Positions 13,034 to 26,653 of a stretch of DNA of 64,000 nucleotides are shown here, piece after piece. Position 1 is the stretch's first letter, and every line of letters begins with the position of its first letter. The notes under the pieces are model-generated. The model saw only the letters and a list, made by a program, of their open reading frames with translations, was not told the origin of the DNA and made no database searches. Origin of the DNA: Octopus sinensis (Eukaryota); NCBI RefSeq assembly GCF_006345805.1, contig NC_043003.1, forward strand, positions 30,876,001 to 30,940,000, read 5' to 3'. The translations under genes were made by a program, and so were the position numbers.

Positions 13034-14729
13034 TATCATACACACACACACACATATACCATAGGTGTATAGCTGTGTGGTAAGAAGATTGTTTTTCAAG
13101 TACAAGGTCTTAGGTTCAGTCCCACTGTGTGGCACCTTAGGAAAGTGTCTTTTACTATAGCCCCTGGCTGACCAAAGCCTTGGGAGTGGATTTGGTTGGC
13201 AGAAATTGAATATATATATAGTCTTGACTTCATGTAGTAGTTGAAATGTCACCATTCTGCAAGCTGTGTCCTTGATTTGCAATCTTTTGTGGGAACATGC
13301 CTAGTCAAGGGGACTATTATCTTACTGGGAAATGGGTGGGAGTTAGCAACAGGAAGGGCATCCAGGTATCAAAAATCTGCCTCAACAAATCCCCTGCAAG
13401 CATATAAAAGTGAACCTTAAATGATGATGTCAATATATATTTATATATATTCTGCGTGAGACTTCAGCTAGGGAAGCGAGTGTAGTTGATTGCATTCACC
13501 ATGTATAATACTTAATATCAGTACCTGTTGACTCTGGCCTGGCAAGCCAATAAAATAGCTCCTACATGATATGACTGGCTAGGAATTCAAAAATCATACT
13601 CTAACACCTTAAAGATAAAGTGCATTGGATAATGTAGGCCTGGATGCATTATGTTTGAGAATTGAAAGCTGGAATGGTTGTGGCCACAGTTCCTTCAATT
13701 TTGTATGTTGTAATCAGGTGATCTAGGGTTAAGAAACAGCAACTCTGGTCTGGAAAACTTTTACTGTTTTCAATGTTTCTGCTTCTCTCAGAATTTCATT
13801 AAGAGTATTATTATTCTCTTTTATTTCTTGTTTTGAAAATTCATCATTCAAAAATCAAGGTGCTTCTAAAAAAATAGACTTGTTGTATCATTTTAATTCA
13901 CTTTGCTGATTGATGTCCTTGTGATAGGTATGAAATTGAAAAATTTTATTCAACTGGAATCTTATGTGACTTTGTAAAAAAAAAAAAAAAAAAGAATAGA
14001 ATTAAATCAAGACACAAAAATAAAATTATAGTTCTATGTAAATATCATTATTATTAATGATGATAATAATAATAATAATGATTTTTTTCTACTAGAGGTA
14101 CTTGGCCTGAATAACATTTTCTTAGCCATTAAGGGTTCACAAATAATTATAATGGTTGGGTTTCTATGGTGTTCTACAATTACTACTTATTGTTGCTGTT
14201 GTAAATACTCTTGCAAACTACATCTCTCTAGTTTTGCCAGATGTTAGTAGAACTTTTAATAAATTAAAGCCCAATTTAAATTGACTTTTCTCTTGAAGTA
14301 GTCACATTTCGAAAGTCAATATTGACCTAGAAAAAAAAAGTTTTCATATTTAAAGAAATAAATTGCACTCCTGTCCCCCACCCCAAAAAAAAACAAAAAA
14401 CAATTTAAACAAATAAACAAACCCTGTTTCTTTCTTCAATCATTTTAATTCCTTACTTCATTTTTTTCATTTTTTAAAAAAAATTTCTCATTCTTTTCTC
14501 CTTTTGTTCTTCTCTCACCACCTTCTTCCTCTCTCTTCAACACACCATCCTCCTTCACTTTCTTTTAATCATTAAGTCCACTGATCTTGTTGCTACTGTT
14601 TTACCCCCCTCCCCCGTTTCCTATTGAATACGTTGTAGAACAAGTCTATTTAGCTCTTTCTAATGTAGTAACAATTTGCATGTCGCTATTGTTCTAACTA
14701 TTTGCAGGTTTTTCTTGTGTGATGTGTGT

Positions 14730-14779
<50 letters not shown>

Positions 14780-16682
14780 ATGCAAAAATGCTTTTTACGC
14801 TTGTGTTGCAATCTGCTCATTATGTGCGACAAGATGTAATTAACTAAATAATAATATAACTGTAGCCCCAGTAACATGGCTATTCTTAACATGCAGCGTC
14901 TTGTTACATAGAGATTGTCTTTTTGTAAACATAGCCAATCTTTTAAGAGATCAACCAAATCCTTTTGAAAAGAAGTAATTTGGCTATTTTTGTTTTATGC
15001 ACCAAACCAATTATTTCCATCAAGTTTTTATTAAAATAGATTACTCTTGCTTTATTCTTTCTTACTTTCTTTTTTTTCTTTCTCAGTAATTGTTCTCATT
15101 AGATTGTTTTGGCTAACCAAATTTTCAATGTGCCAGCCTACAGGTTGAAGAGTGAAGGACTATTACTTCATCACCAGCAGCTCTGTCATTGCCGATTCAG
15201 AGCACCTCGCTCTTAATAGGTACCAAAATAAGGCTGGGGGCATCGTGATATTACCTGTAAATGTTCCATTGGTTTGCATTGCTGGTGTGTATGTATGTGC
15301 ACACACACACACACACACTCCCATGTGGTCTAGTAGTTTATATTTTTGGTTTTCACCTAGGTAGCCTGGTTTCAATTTACATGTGGGAAAACTCTATACA
15401 TACTACGTGTATATATATATAAACTTTGGTTTCAGCATCATGATTGGCATATGACTTCTTGGTGAAGGTATCTGCTCATGACTGTAAGGTAATGAGTTCG
15501 ATTTCTGGTGGTGCATTGTTTCCTTGTGCAAGACACTTCATTTCACGTTGCTCCAGTCTACTCAGCTGTCAAAAGTGAGTTGTACTATAAATCGAAAGGG
15601 CTAGCCTTGTCACATTTCGTGTCATGCTGAGTCTTCCTGAGAAATACACTGAGGTACATGTTTGTGGAGTGCTCAGTTACTTGCATATTAATTTAACAAG
15701 TAGGCTGTTCCAGTGATTAAATCAATTGGAACACTCATAACTGAGTTATCATGACTGGCCAAATATTAAATTTATAGATTTTTCCTTTTGAATTGTTCTG
15801 TTAAAAATATCTGATTGCTACTCTAAGTACTTGGTAAGTATTATTTTAATTGTAAAGAAGTAAGGTTTCCCAAAGCTCTTGATGTCTACCAGTGATTAAA
15901 GCAGTGTTTATACCAGCTTCTTTTTATTCTTGTGGAAACCTTGAAATACATTCCTTGTTTCAGTGAACCCCTGTGTAAAATTTATTATACATCTTTATTA
16001 ATCCTTTTCCTTCTCTTTCATTTAAGTTAAATTTCATAAGAAATTAGACAAATCATACAACTGTCTTTGAAAGGTTTGGCAGTGCTAAATACATCAGGGC
16101 CATAAAAATGCTTTAAGAAATTTCATTGTCACCAAGATCTTGTTTTGTCCAAATTTCCTCAAAATTCCTTCTTCACAGGTCATCTTTTTATGTTGGGTCT
16201 CCTTTGTACATACAGCTCTCATTCCATTCTTCATCTCCATTGATCTCTGTTTTACTAGAGTCTTTCTTTAACTTAATCTCTCATTTACTAGTATTGACTC
16301 ATGTAAACAGACATCTGACATTTCTAGAAAGAAATTATTTTCAACAATTGATGCTTATGCAAGTAATTTTAGCATGAAAATCTAGAAGAATATTTGTATT
16401 TGTTTGAACTATATTAAATTTTGTTACTTTATAGATATGAAACTTTAAAATGTTCTTTATTCTTTTGCTTGTTTCAGTCATTTGACTGCGACCATGCTGG
16501 AGCACCGCCTTCAGTTGAGCAAATCGGCCCCTGGACTTATTTTTTGTAAGCCTAGTACTTATTCTATTGGTCTCTTTTGCCAAACCTCTAAGTTATGGGG
16601 ACATAAACAGAGCAACATTAGTTGTCAAACAATGTTGGAGGAACAAACACAGACACACAAACATATACACACACATACATGC

Positions 16683-16713
<31 letters not shown>

Positions 16714-17462
16714 CATACATACACGACAGGCTTCTTTCAGTTGGAAACTAAAATAGTTGGAAACTATTTCTGATTGATTTTTCTTCATAGTTTGTGACCT
16801 TTGCCTTGACATACCTACAGTTAGTTTATTTGGTTATTTTACTGTTCATTGTAGATATTTCTTACATTTGCACCCCACCACACACAAATAAATAAAATGT
16901 CTGTTAGGGACTCCCAAGTTATTTTCTTGGTTTGTTTTTCTGATTGGTGTTTATAAGAAGCTATCATGGAATATGTAGCTTAAGTGCAGGTATGACTAGG
17001 GTTAAGAAGATTGTTTTGTAATCACATGGCCTCAGGTTTAGTCCTGTTGTTACAGCACCTTGGACAAATGTCTTTTATTATATCCATGCCTTGAGTAAAT
17101 TTGGCTGATAGAAACTGCTGGATCTTGTGTGTGTGTGTGTGTTTCAATGCTTGTCAATCAGTGTGGGCTTGTTTTAGGGCCCTTTAATTTAGTCTCTGTT
17201 TGCCAAACTGCTAAATAGTACTAGATAGAATAAGTAACAATAGACTTTTGAATAAGTACTGGAGTTGATTTGATTGACTAAATCCTTCAAGCAGATGCCC
17301 CAGCATGGTCACAGACTGATCTCTGAAACAAGTAAAAGAACAAAGGAGTATAGTCAATCTGGTTAGAGTTTTTGAAGAATGTTAATTACTGAGTTAATAG
17401 TTTAGAATGAATTCTTATGTTTTTACAGTTCTCTATTTAAGAGAACTATGCCATATGCCCAC

Positions 17463-17690
17463 GGGCATGTGGCATAGTGGTTAAGAGAATGGGCTACTAA
17501 CCCCAAGATTCAGGGTTCGATTCCAGGCAGTGACCTTAATAATAATATCAAAAAATACCTTAGGAATCAGAACCCGGGTTCAAAATTTCCCCAAGACACC
17601 TGCTGAAGGCTGGAGGGTATATCAGCCAAAATGTGTTAACAACAAACAAGATGAGGACAAATATCTGTCAAATATAAATAATGTATAATC
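17463..17690 (+). mobile_element. tRNA-headed SINE with a degenerate hammerhead-like tail
   Basis: A box TGGCATAGTGG (17470), B box GGTTCGATTCC (17514); tail GACAC-CTGCTGA-A-GGCTG...CAGCC-AAAA-T-GTGTT. Confidence 0.7.
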
Positions 17691-18278
17691 TTAAGTTTTT
17701 GTTGAGAATCTCACACAGTTAGATAAAGTGTTATGTTTTTGTGCTTTGCAGTGAATTGCATCATTTTTGCTACCCTGGTGCACATTTTTACATATTCTAG
17801 AATTGAAATTTCTTTTAGTTAACAAACGTTTAGATAAAGTATTTTATTTGCTAATGTAATAAAGAAGCTGAGCATTGTTCATAGGCAGGGATTTTTGTAG
17901 TGAAAGAGCCTGGCGTTTTGTCTGCCATAGTTAATGAATGTGTTCTTGTGTTAATCAGAAGTAGTTTTCCTTGTAACCCTTGATTGACATTTCCTTAGCA
18001 TTCACTTTTGAGTGAGTAGGTATTTGTTTTATTGCTACTACATAAATATAAAGTTTTAACTTGTTTATCCAGTGACCAAATATGTTTAGATAAAACTGTT
18101 ATGTTCTTATTTATATGATGAAAGGTTTTGGTGTGTTTTGTATAACGGCTTTTGTACTTTCTCTGATTGTAGTGTATATTCTTCTTTTCTTTTTACTTGA
18201 ATGTACTGTTTCTTAATCATTCACCATTTAGTAGGCATTGGTTTATCTTGCTATGGTTGCAGTAAAGTTCTAAAATGT

Positions 18279-18312
<34 letters not shown>

Positions 18313-21230
18313 CAGTGAGAATATTCTATTGAAATGGTTTGTTGTAATGTTGTCTATGTTTATGCTGAATTTCTAGCTAACCTTTATATTGTACCAAATG
18401 AATACTGCATAGTATTTGTAACTGGTATGGAAGAGTTAGTTGTTCAGTATGAAAACCATCTCAGGAACCCTTGTTTCTACATTCCTACTTTACAGTGGAG
18501 TAAATAGTTGTAGCATTGTTTGTCTGTTTTCGTTATTGTTGTTCACATTCATGCAGGAATTTGATTTCGTTGTTCAACTTAGCAATTCATTGTGGAATCA
18601 CTATAGATGTATAGCATAATCAGTTACGTTTTTTTTTTTAAGCAGTGGATACAATCTAATAATGGAAAATTCTTCAAAGGTTTTAACATTTCTATAAAAT
18701 ATAATTCACAGAGTAAACATCTTTGATCCATTGATTGCTGCTAACCATATAGAAAACCAAACAAGTTGCTAACAAATATAAATATACTTTAGAGTCATCT
18801 TACAGAATGGGTTAGACATGAATATAATTAAAAGATTCTAATATTTGCAAAATGTTTTTGTTAGTTATCCCATAACCCTAATGGGACAACTGTGAATACA
18901 GTCTTCATATAGGAGTTCAGAGGAGAAATAACTTAGGGTGGTTTCCTATTTTGCCTTCCAGATCCATTATTGTAAAATCTGTCTGTACTCTGCTAAATTC
19001 CCTCACTACTAGCTTCTCTGAGCTAGCTACTTGTATACCACCTTCACTTTGACTCACCTGACCCTCTTGTCTCTCTTTGTTACCCTACCTAATCTTCCCT
19101 ACTTTCCTGAACTTACATTAGCCATAGTTTCCAATTCTTCTTCCTCAGACTGTCAACTCATAGAGAATCCCCTCCTAAATGAATTTTTCTCCTACAGAAG
19201 CTGACTTACATTTTCAGCCATATTAATCTTGCCACTCTTGGAGGGCCTGCAAAATGACAAAGGTGCTACCCTCCTTCATGAGTAAACAGTTTTTAAAATT
19301 AATCCTTCAGTTTAGCCACTACAATCTAACAAAGCATTTGTTAATTTTACACTAACATCACTGCTATTTTCAGTGTGGAACTATACCACTCTGTAGGGCT
19401 AGGTATAATTAGTTGTAGAGGTCTTGATTATAGACACAACACAATGCCAGTCTCAAGATAAACTACTGACTTCTTGGTTGAGTGTTCAGTACTTTATCAA
19501 TTTGCCCATTGAGTTTTCATGTCTCTTTCTTTCTATGTTTTCCTTGTGTGCATACATGAAAACGTAGCTGTTGCTTTTGTTTATCCAAGCTCCTATTAAA
19601 TTGATCATGGCTTAAAACTAGATACATATGCCCTGGGAAATGTCTCTGTTTTATTTCTTGTCTTTGCAGCAGTATCTGCATTTTAGCTATTCAACGGAGG
19701 GGCATAAAGTATTGTTTAGCTATCTCTCATTTGAATGAAATGAAATGAAGAAGTTTTATGTAATTTCTCTGAAAATGAATGCACAAATATTGTGGGCTAG
19801 ATGTTTGCTGCTGTTGTGTAGCCCTATATCAGCCTTAGATTAGTAGATCTAAGTGTGAAAGCATTCTAGCCTAGTGGTTTGGGTGTTGCATTGACAATCA
19901 TAAGATTGTGCTTTTTACTCCTGGACTGAACAGTGCATTGTGTTCTTAAGCAAAACATTTCATTTCACATTACTCCAGTTCACTCAGCTGTGAATGAGTA
20001 ACCTTGTGATGAACTGGCATCCAATTCAGAAGGAATATTGTGATCACAGTCACTTATATGCATGGAAATCAGGTACCTGGCCTGTGAGTCCCAGGACTTG
20101 GAACACTAATTTCAAGGGGTTGATGATCCATGTCTGTCATCTTTTCCTAAACTATGTTACCCAATGTATTTTACCTTTCTATGATGGTAGAGGGTGTGAT
20201 GTGAGAGAGATTTGATGTTATTTTTAGCAGGTCAAGTGATCAGACTATGTATGTGTTTCCCTTGTTGGTTCTTGATGTTGCTGTTGAATCACTCTGATGG
20301 TTGGGTTTGATGACATTCTGTACATTAATTAACCACATCTGGTACTCTGGGTGCATTAATTATCCACATCTGGTAGCATGGGTTGGATCATTTGACAGGA
20401 ACTGGCCAGCTGGGGGACAGCCCAGGTTCCAATTGTCTATTTTGGCATGGTTTCTGTGGTTGGATGCCTTTTCTAGTGCCAGCCTTTTTACAGAGTGTAC
20501 TGAGTGCTTTTTATGTGGCACGAAAACGGGTGCTTTTACATGGCACCGGCATGGATGCTTTTATGTGGCACCGGCAGGGGTAGACTTTTATTATTTTCCA
20601 CTCTTTTTCAGTCCTGCCTTTATTGTGGATATCATATTGGAGGAATTTTGAAAACTGAAAAATACAATTCCTACTTTTAAGACCTGATGGGAGTATAAAA
20701 TGATTTGGATGTTTGTAGGTCAATACCAACTTAATGTCCACTCTCCTCTGATTACAGGATTCTGGCATTAATACTCTCTTATACCTTTTCTCATTATTTT
20801 ATACTTTTATAGTGTTTTAGCCCAAAAGGCTGTGGCCATGCTGGAGCTCTATCATTGATGACATATCTTTTATAAACAAATAATGGAAGAGCCTTTATGC
20901 AGTCACTTGGCGTGCTAGCACTGACAGCCAAATCTCCCACAAATCTTAGCCTATATCTTTAAAAACAAATGGACATATTGGATAATATAGTCTTAAAAAT
21001 ACTGTCAAAATAAGATATGATGATCACAATTGGGTTGTCTTTGTTCATAAGTATGTTCAGTCAAGGCTGGCTTGGGGCTAAACAGCCACCAGAACAAAGA
21101 AGAACACTATGGCTGGAACACCTTTTGAACATGGGTCTGGTGGAACAGTGCTGACTTTGGGATGAACAATAATACTGTATATAGGAGCCTCTGTGCAGTC
21201 TCTCATTCTGTTAGAAATAGTGGCCAAAGG

Positions 21231-21383
21231 TATGGCTGTGTGGTAAGAGGCTTTCTTCCCAACCACATGGTTCCGGGTTCAGTCCCACTGTGTGGCACCT
21301 TGGGCAAGTGTCTTCTACTATAACCTCAGGCTGACCAAAGCCTTGTGAGAGGATTTGGTAGATGGAAACTGAAAGAAGCCCGT

Positions 21384-21420
<37 letters not shown>

Positions 21421-21645
21421 GTATACATTTATGTGTGTGTGTGTGTGCCTTTGTATCTGTGCTTGTCCCCCCTACCATGCCTTGACAACTGATGTTGGTG
21501 TGTTTATGTCCTCGAAACTTAGCGGTTCAGCAAAAGAGACCACTAGAATAAGTACTAAGCTTACAAAGAATAAGTCCTGGGGGGTGCTTTCTATAAGTAA
21601 AGGCAGTGCTCCAGCATGGCTGCTGTCAAATGACTGAAATGTGTA
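21231..21645 (+). mobile_element. SINE family A copy
   Basis: Head, internal microsatellite and tail present. A head-only copy at 23480-23640 abuts the CR1 tail. Confidence 0.8.
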
Positions 21646-23651
21646 AAAGGGAAGAAAGAGTAACTCTCCCTCAAATCGAGCTCTAATGTCTGAAGGAAAA
21701 AAAATGCATTGGATAATGTGGTCTTAAATGCATTTTGACCAGGAAAAAAAGAAAGAAAGACAAAGCGCTCACATTTGAAATACTTTAGATCATAGGATTG
21801 CTCAGATAACAGCTACAGCAACAACAGGTATCTGGTATGAAAGGAAGCTCTCAATAGTTACTGTACTTGTAATGAATAGCAGCTGTATCACACCCTATTT
21901 TCTCTTCCTCTTCTTACATGTGTTTTCTTTGTGGGCATAGATTGAATAGGTTGTCACAGTCCAAATTATTTCCTATTCAAAATCATTGCTCTCCTTGGTA
22001 GGTTGGCTTTGGGAGTGGTGAGCTTAGCTTGTGCAAATATTTAATTTGATATGGTTTCTATATCTGGATACCCTTCTTCACATCAACCACCAAGCAGAGT
22101 TCATAGGATACATTTTATTAAGGCAACAGTACAAGACTCACTGTCCTACATAATCTCTGTTCATTTTCCTGTCAGTTTACAGAGGATATTAGGTACAAGG
22201 CACCAACATTAGAGAAGCTAGTGTCCTCAGCTAAACAAAAGAGTCTTCTCAATCTTATGGTGTCTCTATTCATTCACCAACCACTTCCCTCTGTATACTG
22301 GATGATATAATACACATATGTATGTGTGTATTATCATTGTCATCATCATTTAATGCCTGTCTTTCATGCTGCTTTGGGTTGGATAGTTTGACAAGAGCTG
22401 GCCAGATAGAAGACTACACCAGGCTACTGTGTCTGTGTCTACACCAGGCTACATGTGTGTGTGTGTGTGTGAATATATGCAAGTGTATATGTGTGTGTAT
22501 GTTTATATGTATATAGGCATGTACATGTGTGTATGTTGACAGAGAGAGAGCAATAGTATCATTGGTGTTGTATATTAGGCATGATTTAATATGATCAAAG
22601 GTGTTCCAGCCATGACCATCCCATTTTTTATTTACCCATAGTGTGTCTTAGACATTATCTACATTGCTTTATATACACTTACTCTGGGTGCTATTTAGCC
22701 TCCCGTAGGCTCTGACTGAACATACTTGTGAACTAAGACAATCCTGTTGTGATTATCCTATCTTTTACTCTGATGGTGTTTTTAATGCTATTTTATTCAG
22801 TGGATCCATTCTTTTTTAAAGACATAATAATATATAAACTAAACACAGGGTGAGGAAGCCATAGCTGGAATGTTTTGATCTTGTGAGCATGGATCTGCTT
22901 TATCACAGCTAACCTGGGGCTAAACAACAACAAGGACTGTGTGCATATATGTTTTCTTGTTGCTGTTGTTTGTTATTAGTCTTTATCCTCTTCTTTGGTT
23001 TTACTACAATAAAACAGGAAATCCTAACTGGCTTTTGTTTAGATGTTCAAAGTTCTGGCCTTTCACCGCTCACAGCTTCTATGGAAATCAACAGAAACCA
23101 GTCAAGGCTGTATTGCGCATTAAATTACTTGAGTTAATCTTTCTATTATATGCTTCTGATGTTTTATTGAGCGTTATGATATGTAGGTGTTTGTGTTTTA
23201 ATGTGTGTGTGTCTGTGTATATTTATGTATATATAACATTTATTTACATATATTTGTGTGCATATGTCTGTATAATGTATATAGATGGATATAGATATAT
23301 ATTTGAGTGTGTGTGCATATATATATATGTTTGTGTGTATGCATTGAGAGAGGGAGCAAAGAAAGAGAATATCATTTATGTTGTATGTCAGGTGTGATTT
23401 TGAGAAGCTTGTCAGGCAAGAGTCCTTAGGAACTGATATGGTTGGTTGATAAGATAAAATGCCAGTCTGTATGTGTGTATGCAGGTGTGGCTGTGTGGTA
23501 AGAAGTTTGCTTCCCAACCACATAGTTCTAAGTTCAGTGCCATTGTGTGGCACCTTGGGCAAGTGTCTTCTGCTGTAGCCCTGAGTCTGACTAAAACCTT
23601 GTGAGTGGATTTGGTAGACAGAAACTGAAAGAAGCCCATTATATATATATA

Positions 23652-25320
23652 TTTTTTTAAAGTTTCAGCTCAGAGCTGTGGCCATGCTGATGCACTGCCA
23701 TTTTGTGCTACACTGTTATTACTAAGAGCCCCCTCTAATATGTGGCACTTGGTGAAGAATAGAGTTTGATATAGCTACCCTCATTTGCACCTTGTCGTGA
23801 GGTAGGTTCATCTGGGACTCTTGACAGGAAGAGGTCCAGCTTTGATTTAAAAACCGCTACATCTATTTTGTGCAAGTTCCTCAGACTCTTTGGGAGAATA
23901 TTAAAAAGCTGTGGGCCTTTGAAACCCAGGCTGTTGCAGTAGCTGGTCCTGAAGCATGATGGCATTGCTGGGATCATTGGTACTATGCAGTGTTGTCCCG
24001 TTCTAGCATTGGTGTAGCTTTCAATGCCAAAATTTGGCACAATTCTTTCCAGGATCTTCCAGATATATATTACTGCATACCTCTCCCATCTTCTCCCCAG
24101 GGAGTAGAGTCTTAGATGTTTCAACCTTTCCCAGTAGCTGAGCTGTTGCAAAGAGACGATCTTCTTTGTGAATCTTCTCTGGATTGCTTCAAGGTCCGCT
24201 GTTAATTTCACACTAGTGGGTGACCATAGCTGTGAGCAGTAATCCAGGTGGCTGAGGACGAATGTCCGTCAGAAGACCATCATGGTTTTCTTATCTCTGG
24301 TTCTGAATGTTCTTAGGATCCAGCCAGCCAGTCATCTGCACTTTGTCGCCATCCTGGTAATGTGCACTTGGAAAGAGGTATCATCACTCATGTCAATACC
24401 CAGGTCCCTCACAGACTTAGGCTCTGGGATTGAAATTCCCTGTGGACCGGTGTACCCTGTAAGTTTAATATTCAGTTTTGGATGCTGGTAGCGTAGGGCC
24501 TGGAATTTTTCAGCATTAAACTGCATATTATTATCCTCAGCCCATCTGTAGATTGAGTCCAACTCCTGCTGCAGGTGTGCAACATCGCTGGGGTTCTATA
24601 TTTTCTGAGAGATTTTCGTATCATCTTGCATAGCTTGCCAGAGTGGCTATTCGGGCATTTGAGGGCATATCTGAGAGGGCCACTATAAAAAGCAGTGGTC
24701 CCAAGACAGTGCCCTGTGGAACACCGCTCACTGTTTGTGTGTGTTCATACAGGTGGCTCCATTAACCGCTACTGCCTGACTCCTATCTTTCAGGAAGTCA
24801 TGTAACCACACTCCAAGTTTTCCAGCTATGCCGAGGTCACGCAGTTTGTGGCATATCATACCATGATCCACCTTGTCAAAAGCTTTTGCAAAATCAAGGT
24901 ATATTACGTCCACATTTGATTTGTTGAGTAACTGCCTCAACACCCAGTCATAATGTTGTAAGAGCTGGGTCAGGCAGCTCCTACCTGGTCGAAAACCATG
25001 CTGGGTATCACTCAGCAAGTTATTTTCCTCAAGGAATGCGATTAGTTTCCCTCTGACTATCCGTTCCATGACTTTGCTGATGTGTGAAGTCAGAGAGATA
25101 GGCCTATAGTTTTTGGCATCTACTCTACTTCCCCCTTTATGTATTGGGCATATTAATCCCTCCTTCAGCTTGCTTGGCAGTTTGCCATTTGTAAGAAAGC
25201 TCTGGAAGAGAATCTTGAGGGGTTTTGCCAGGGCATGCTTACACGATTTGAGGAGGATTGCTGGGAAACCATCAGGACCAGCAGTTGAGTTTGTGTCCAC
25301 TTCATCTAGGACTAGTAGTA
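23652..25320 (-). mobile_element. 5'-truncated CR1-clade LINE, degenerate reverse transcriptase and 3' end
   Basis: Motifs GPDG, NYRPISLTS, QHGFRPGRSC, YLDFAKAFDKVDH, GVPQGTVLGP, a frameshifted YADD, YCSQLWSP, QRRFTK and YWERLKHL; stops and frameshifts; A-rich tail at 23652-23661. Confidence 0.92.
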
Positions 25321-25989
25321 TAGGTATTAAGAACTTGAAGAGCTGGAATAAATACTGCTAAGTATTTTGTCCACTGTGTTAATGACTCTGCCAGCTCACG
25401 TATCTATACACATATCAAACAAAAGACTGGATAAGTCTGCAATCTCTGTTTTGATATGCAAATATGTAATTACTCTGCAAATAGAATTCACTAGAAATTT
25501 CAATTGCTATGTACATCTCATTCAAAGTAAAACATCTAGCATCTTGAGGTTTGGCAATAGCAAGGGCTTCTTCTAGTCATAGAATATCTGCCACAAATTC
25601 TGTCTGACTGATGTGAAGATGGAAAAGTGAGTGGTGGTGATGATGATGATATTGCAAATGGACCAACTGGCTGATAGACAAGCCACCTTTAGTCACCAAC
25701 ACACTTAGCAACTACTAGTTAACTCTCAAGATATGTCTGTATCCACTCTGTTTCTCTGTCTTTTCTGTTAGAGACTATGTCAGTGATTACAATGACGTAC
25801 TTGGCTCAGGATAAGTCAAAGGTAAATAATGGAGTGGGCAGGGTCTGTCTGTCTGTCTGCATAGTTTTGGTTCACATTCATTGCAGATGTTTCATTGTGT
25901 TCATATATCTTAGCTATTCATTTAATTTTTCCTGCTTCATTTCACTCAATTGTCAGGTGAGCCAATAAAACTTCTTGTGTTAATTCATA

Positions 25990-26650
25990 ATTTTGAGACC
26001 ACCCACCGTGAAAGTTTCTAAAAGCTAATATGAAAGAAATAGTTAAAACCTTCTAACTATGTCATAAAATCAAGGAGAGTTAAACGACTGCTCATAACAA
26101 GCTATTGGTTTTTCCTATCAGAGGTAAGAGACTATCTATCTATCTATCTATCCATCCATCCATCCATCTCCACTATTAAAAGTAGATGAAATAGAAAATA
26201 TCGATCGTACTCCGTATAATATTAATGGTAATCTGTATTGTGACTTAGGGGTTTTTAATCCCCTCCTGTCACATCTTTTCTTTCCACTATTTAGAAAAAA
26301 AGAAAAAGAAGTAGTCGATTGTTTATATAGTTTCTAAATGTTTAAATGACAATGCAGTTTTATTTCAAGTTACGTTGCATCGATAATTCTCCCCCCCCAA
26401 AAAATGAAAAATCTAAATTATCTGCATCTACTTGAAAAGAACAAAAAAACAAAACAAATAATGAATTATATAGAAACAAAAACTATCAAATATAAAAAGA
26501 TATATATCCCAGCGCTTCTCTTTTCTCCCTCACTTTTATTTCTTTGCAAACCCTATTTTCTCTCGGCTTCTTACGCTAAAAACAACTGCAAGATGACAGC
26601 AACGGTTGTTACAGTCTAATTTCACGTGTGTATGTACATATACCGTATTT
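25990..26650. promoter_or_regulatory. Candidate promoter / first-exon region
   Basis: Unique sequence with many retained CpGs in an otherwise CpG-poor window, and a strong + strand donor GAG|GTAAGA at 26124. It runs into the assembly gap. Confidence 0.35.
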
Positions 26651-26653
26651 GAT

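Noticed and set aside
17463-17535. tRNA gene candidates (also the heads at 29381 and of family A)
   Set aside because: A and B boxes are present, but there is no proper acceptor stem or terminator, and each continues into a SINE body.
18414-18508. Exon-like frame FVTGMEELVVQYENHLRNPCFYIPTLQWSK*
   Set aside because: The acceptor is weak, and there is no partner exon or homology.
22939-23397. 152 aa ORF with an internal acceptor at ~23042
   Set aside because: The 3' half is microsatellite, there is no donor, and no frame resembles a known protein.
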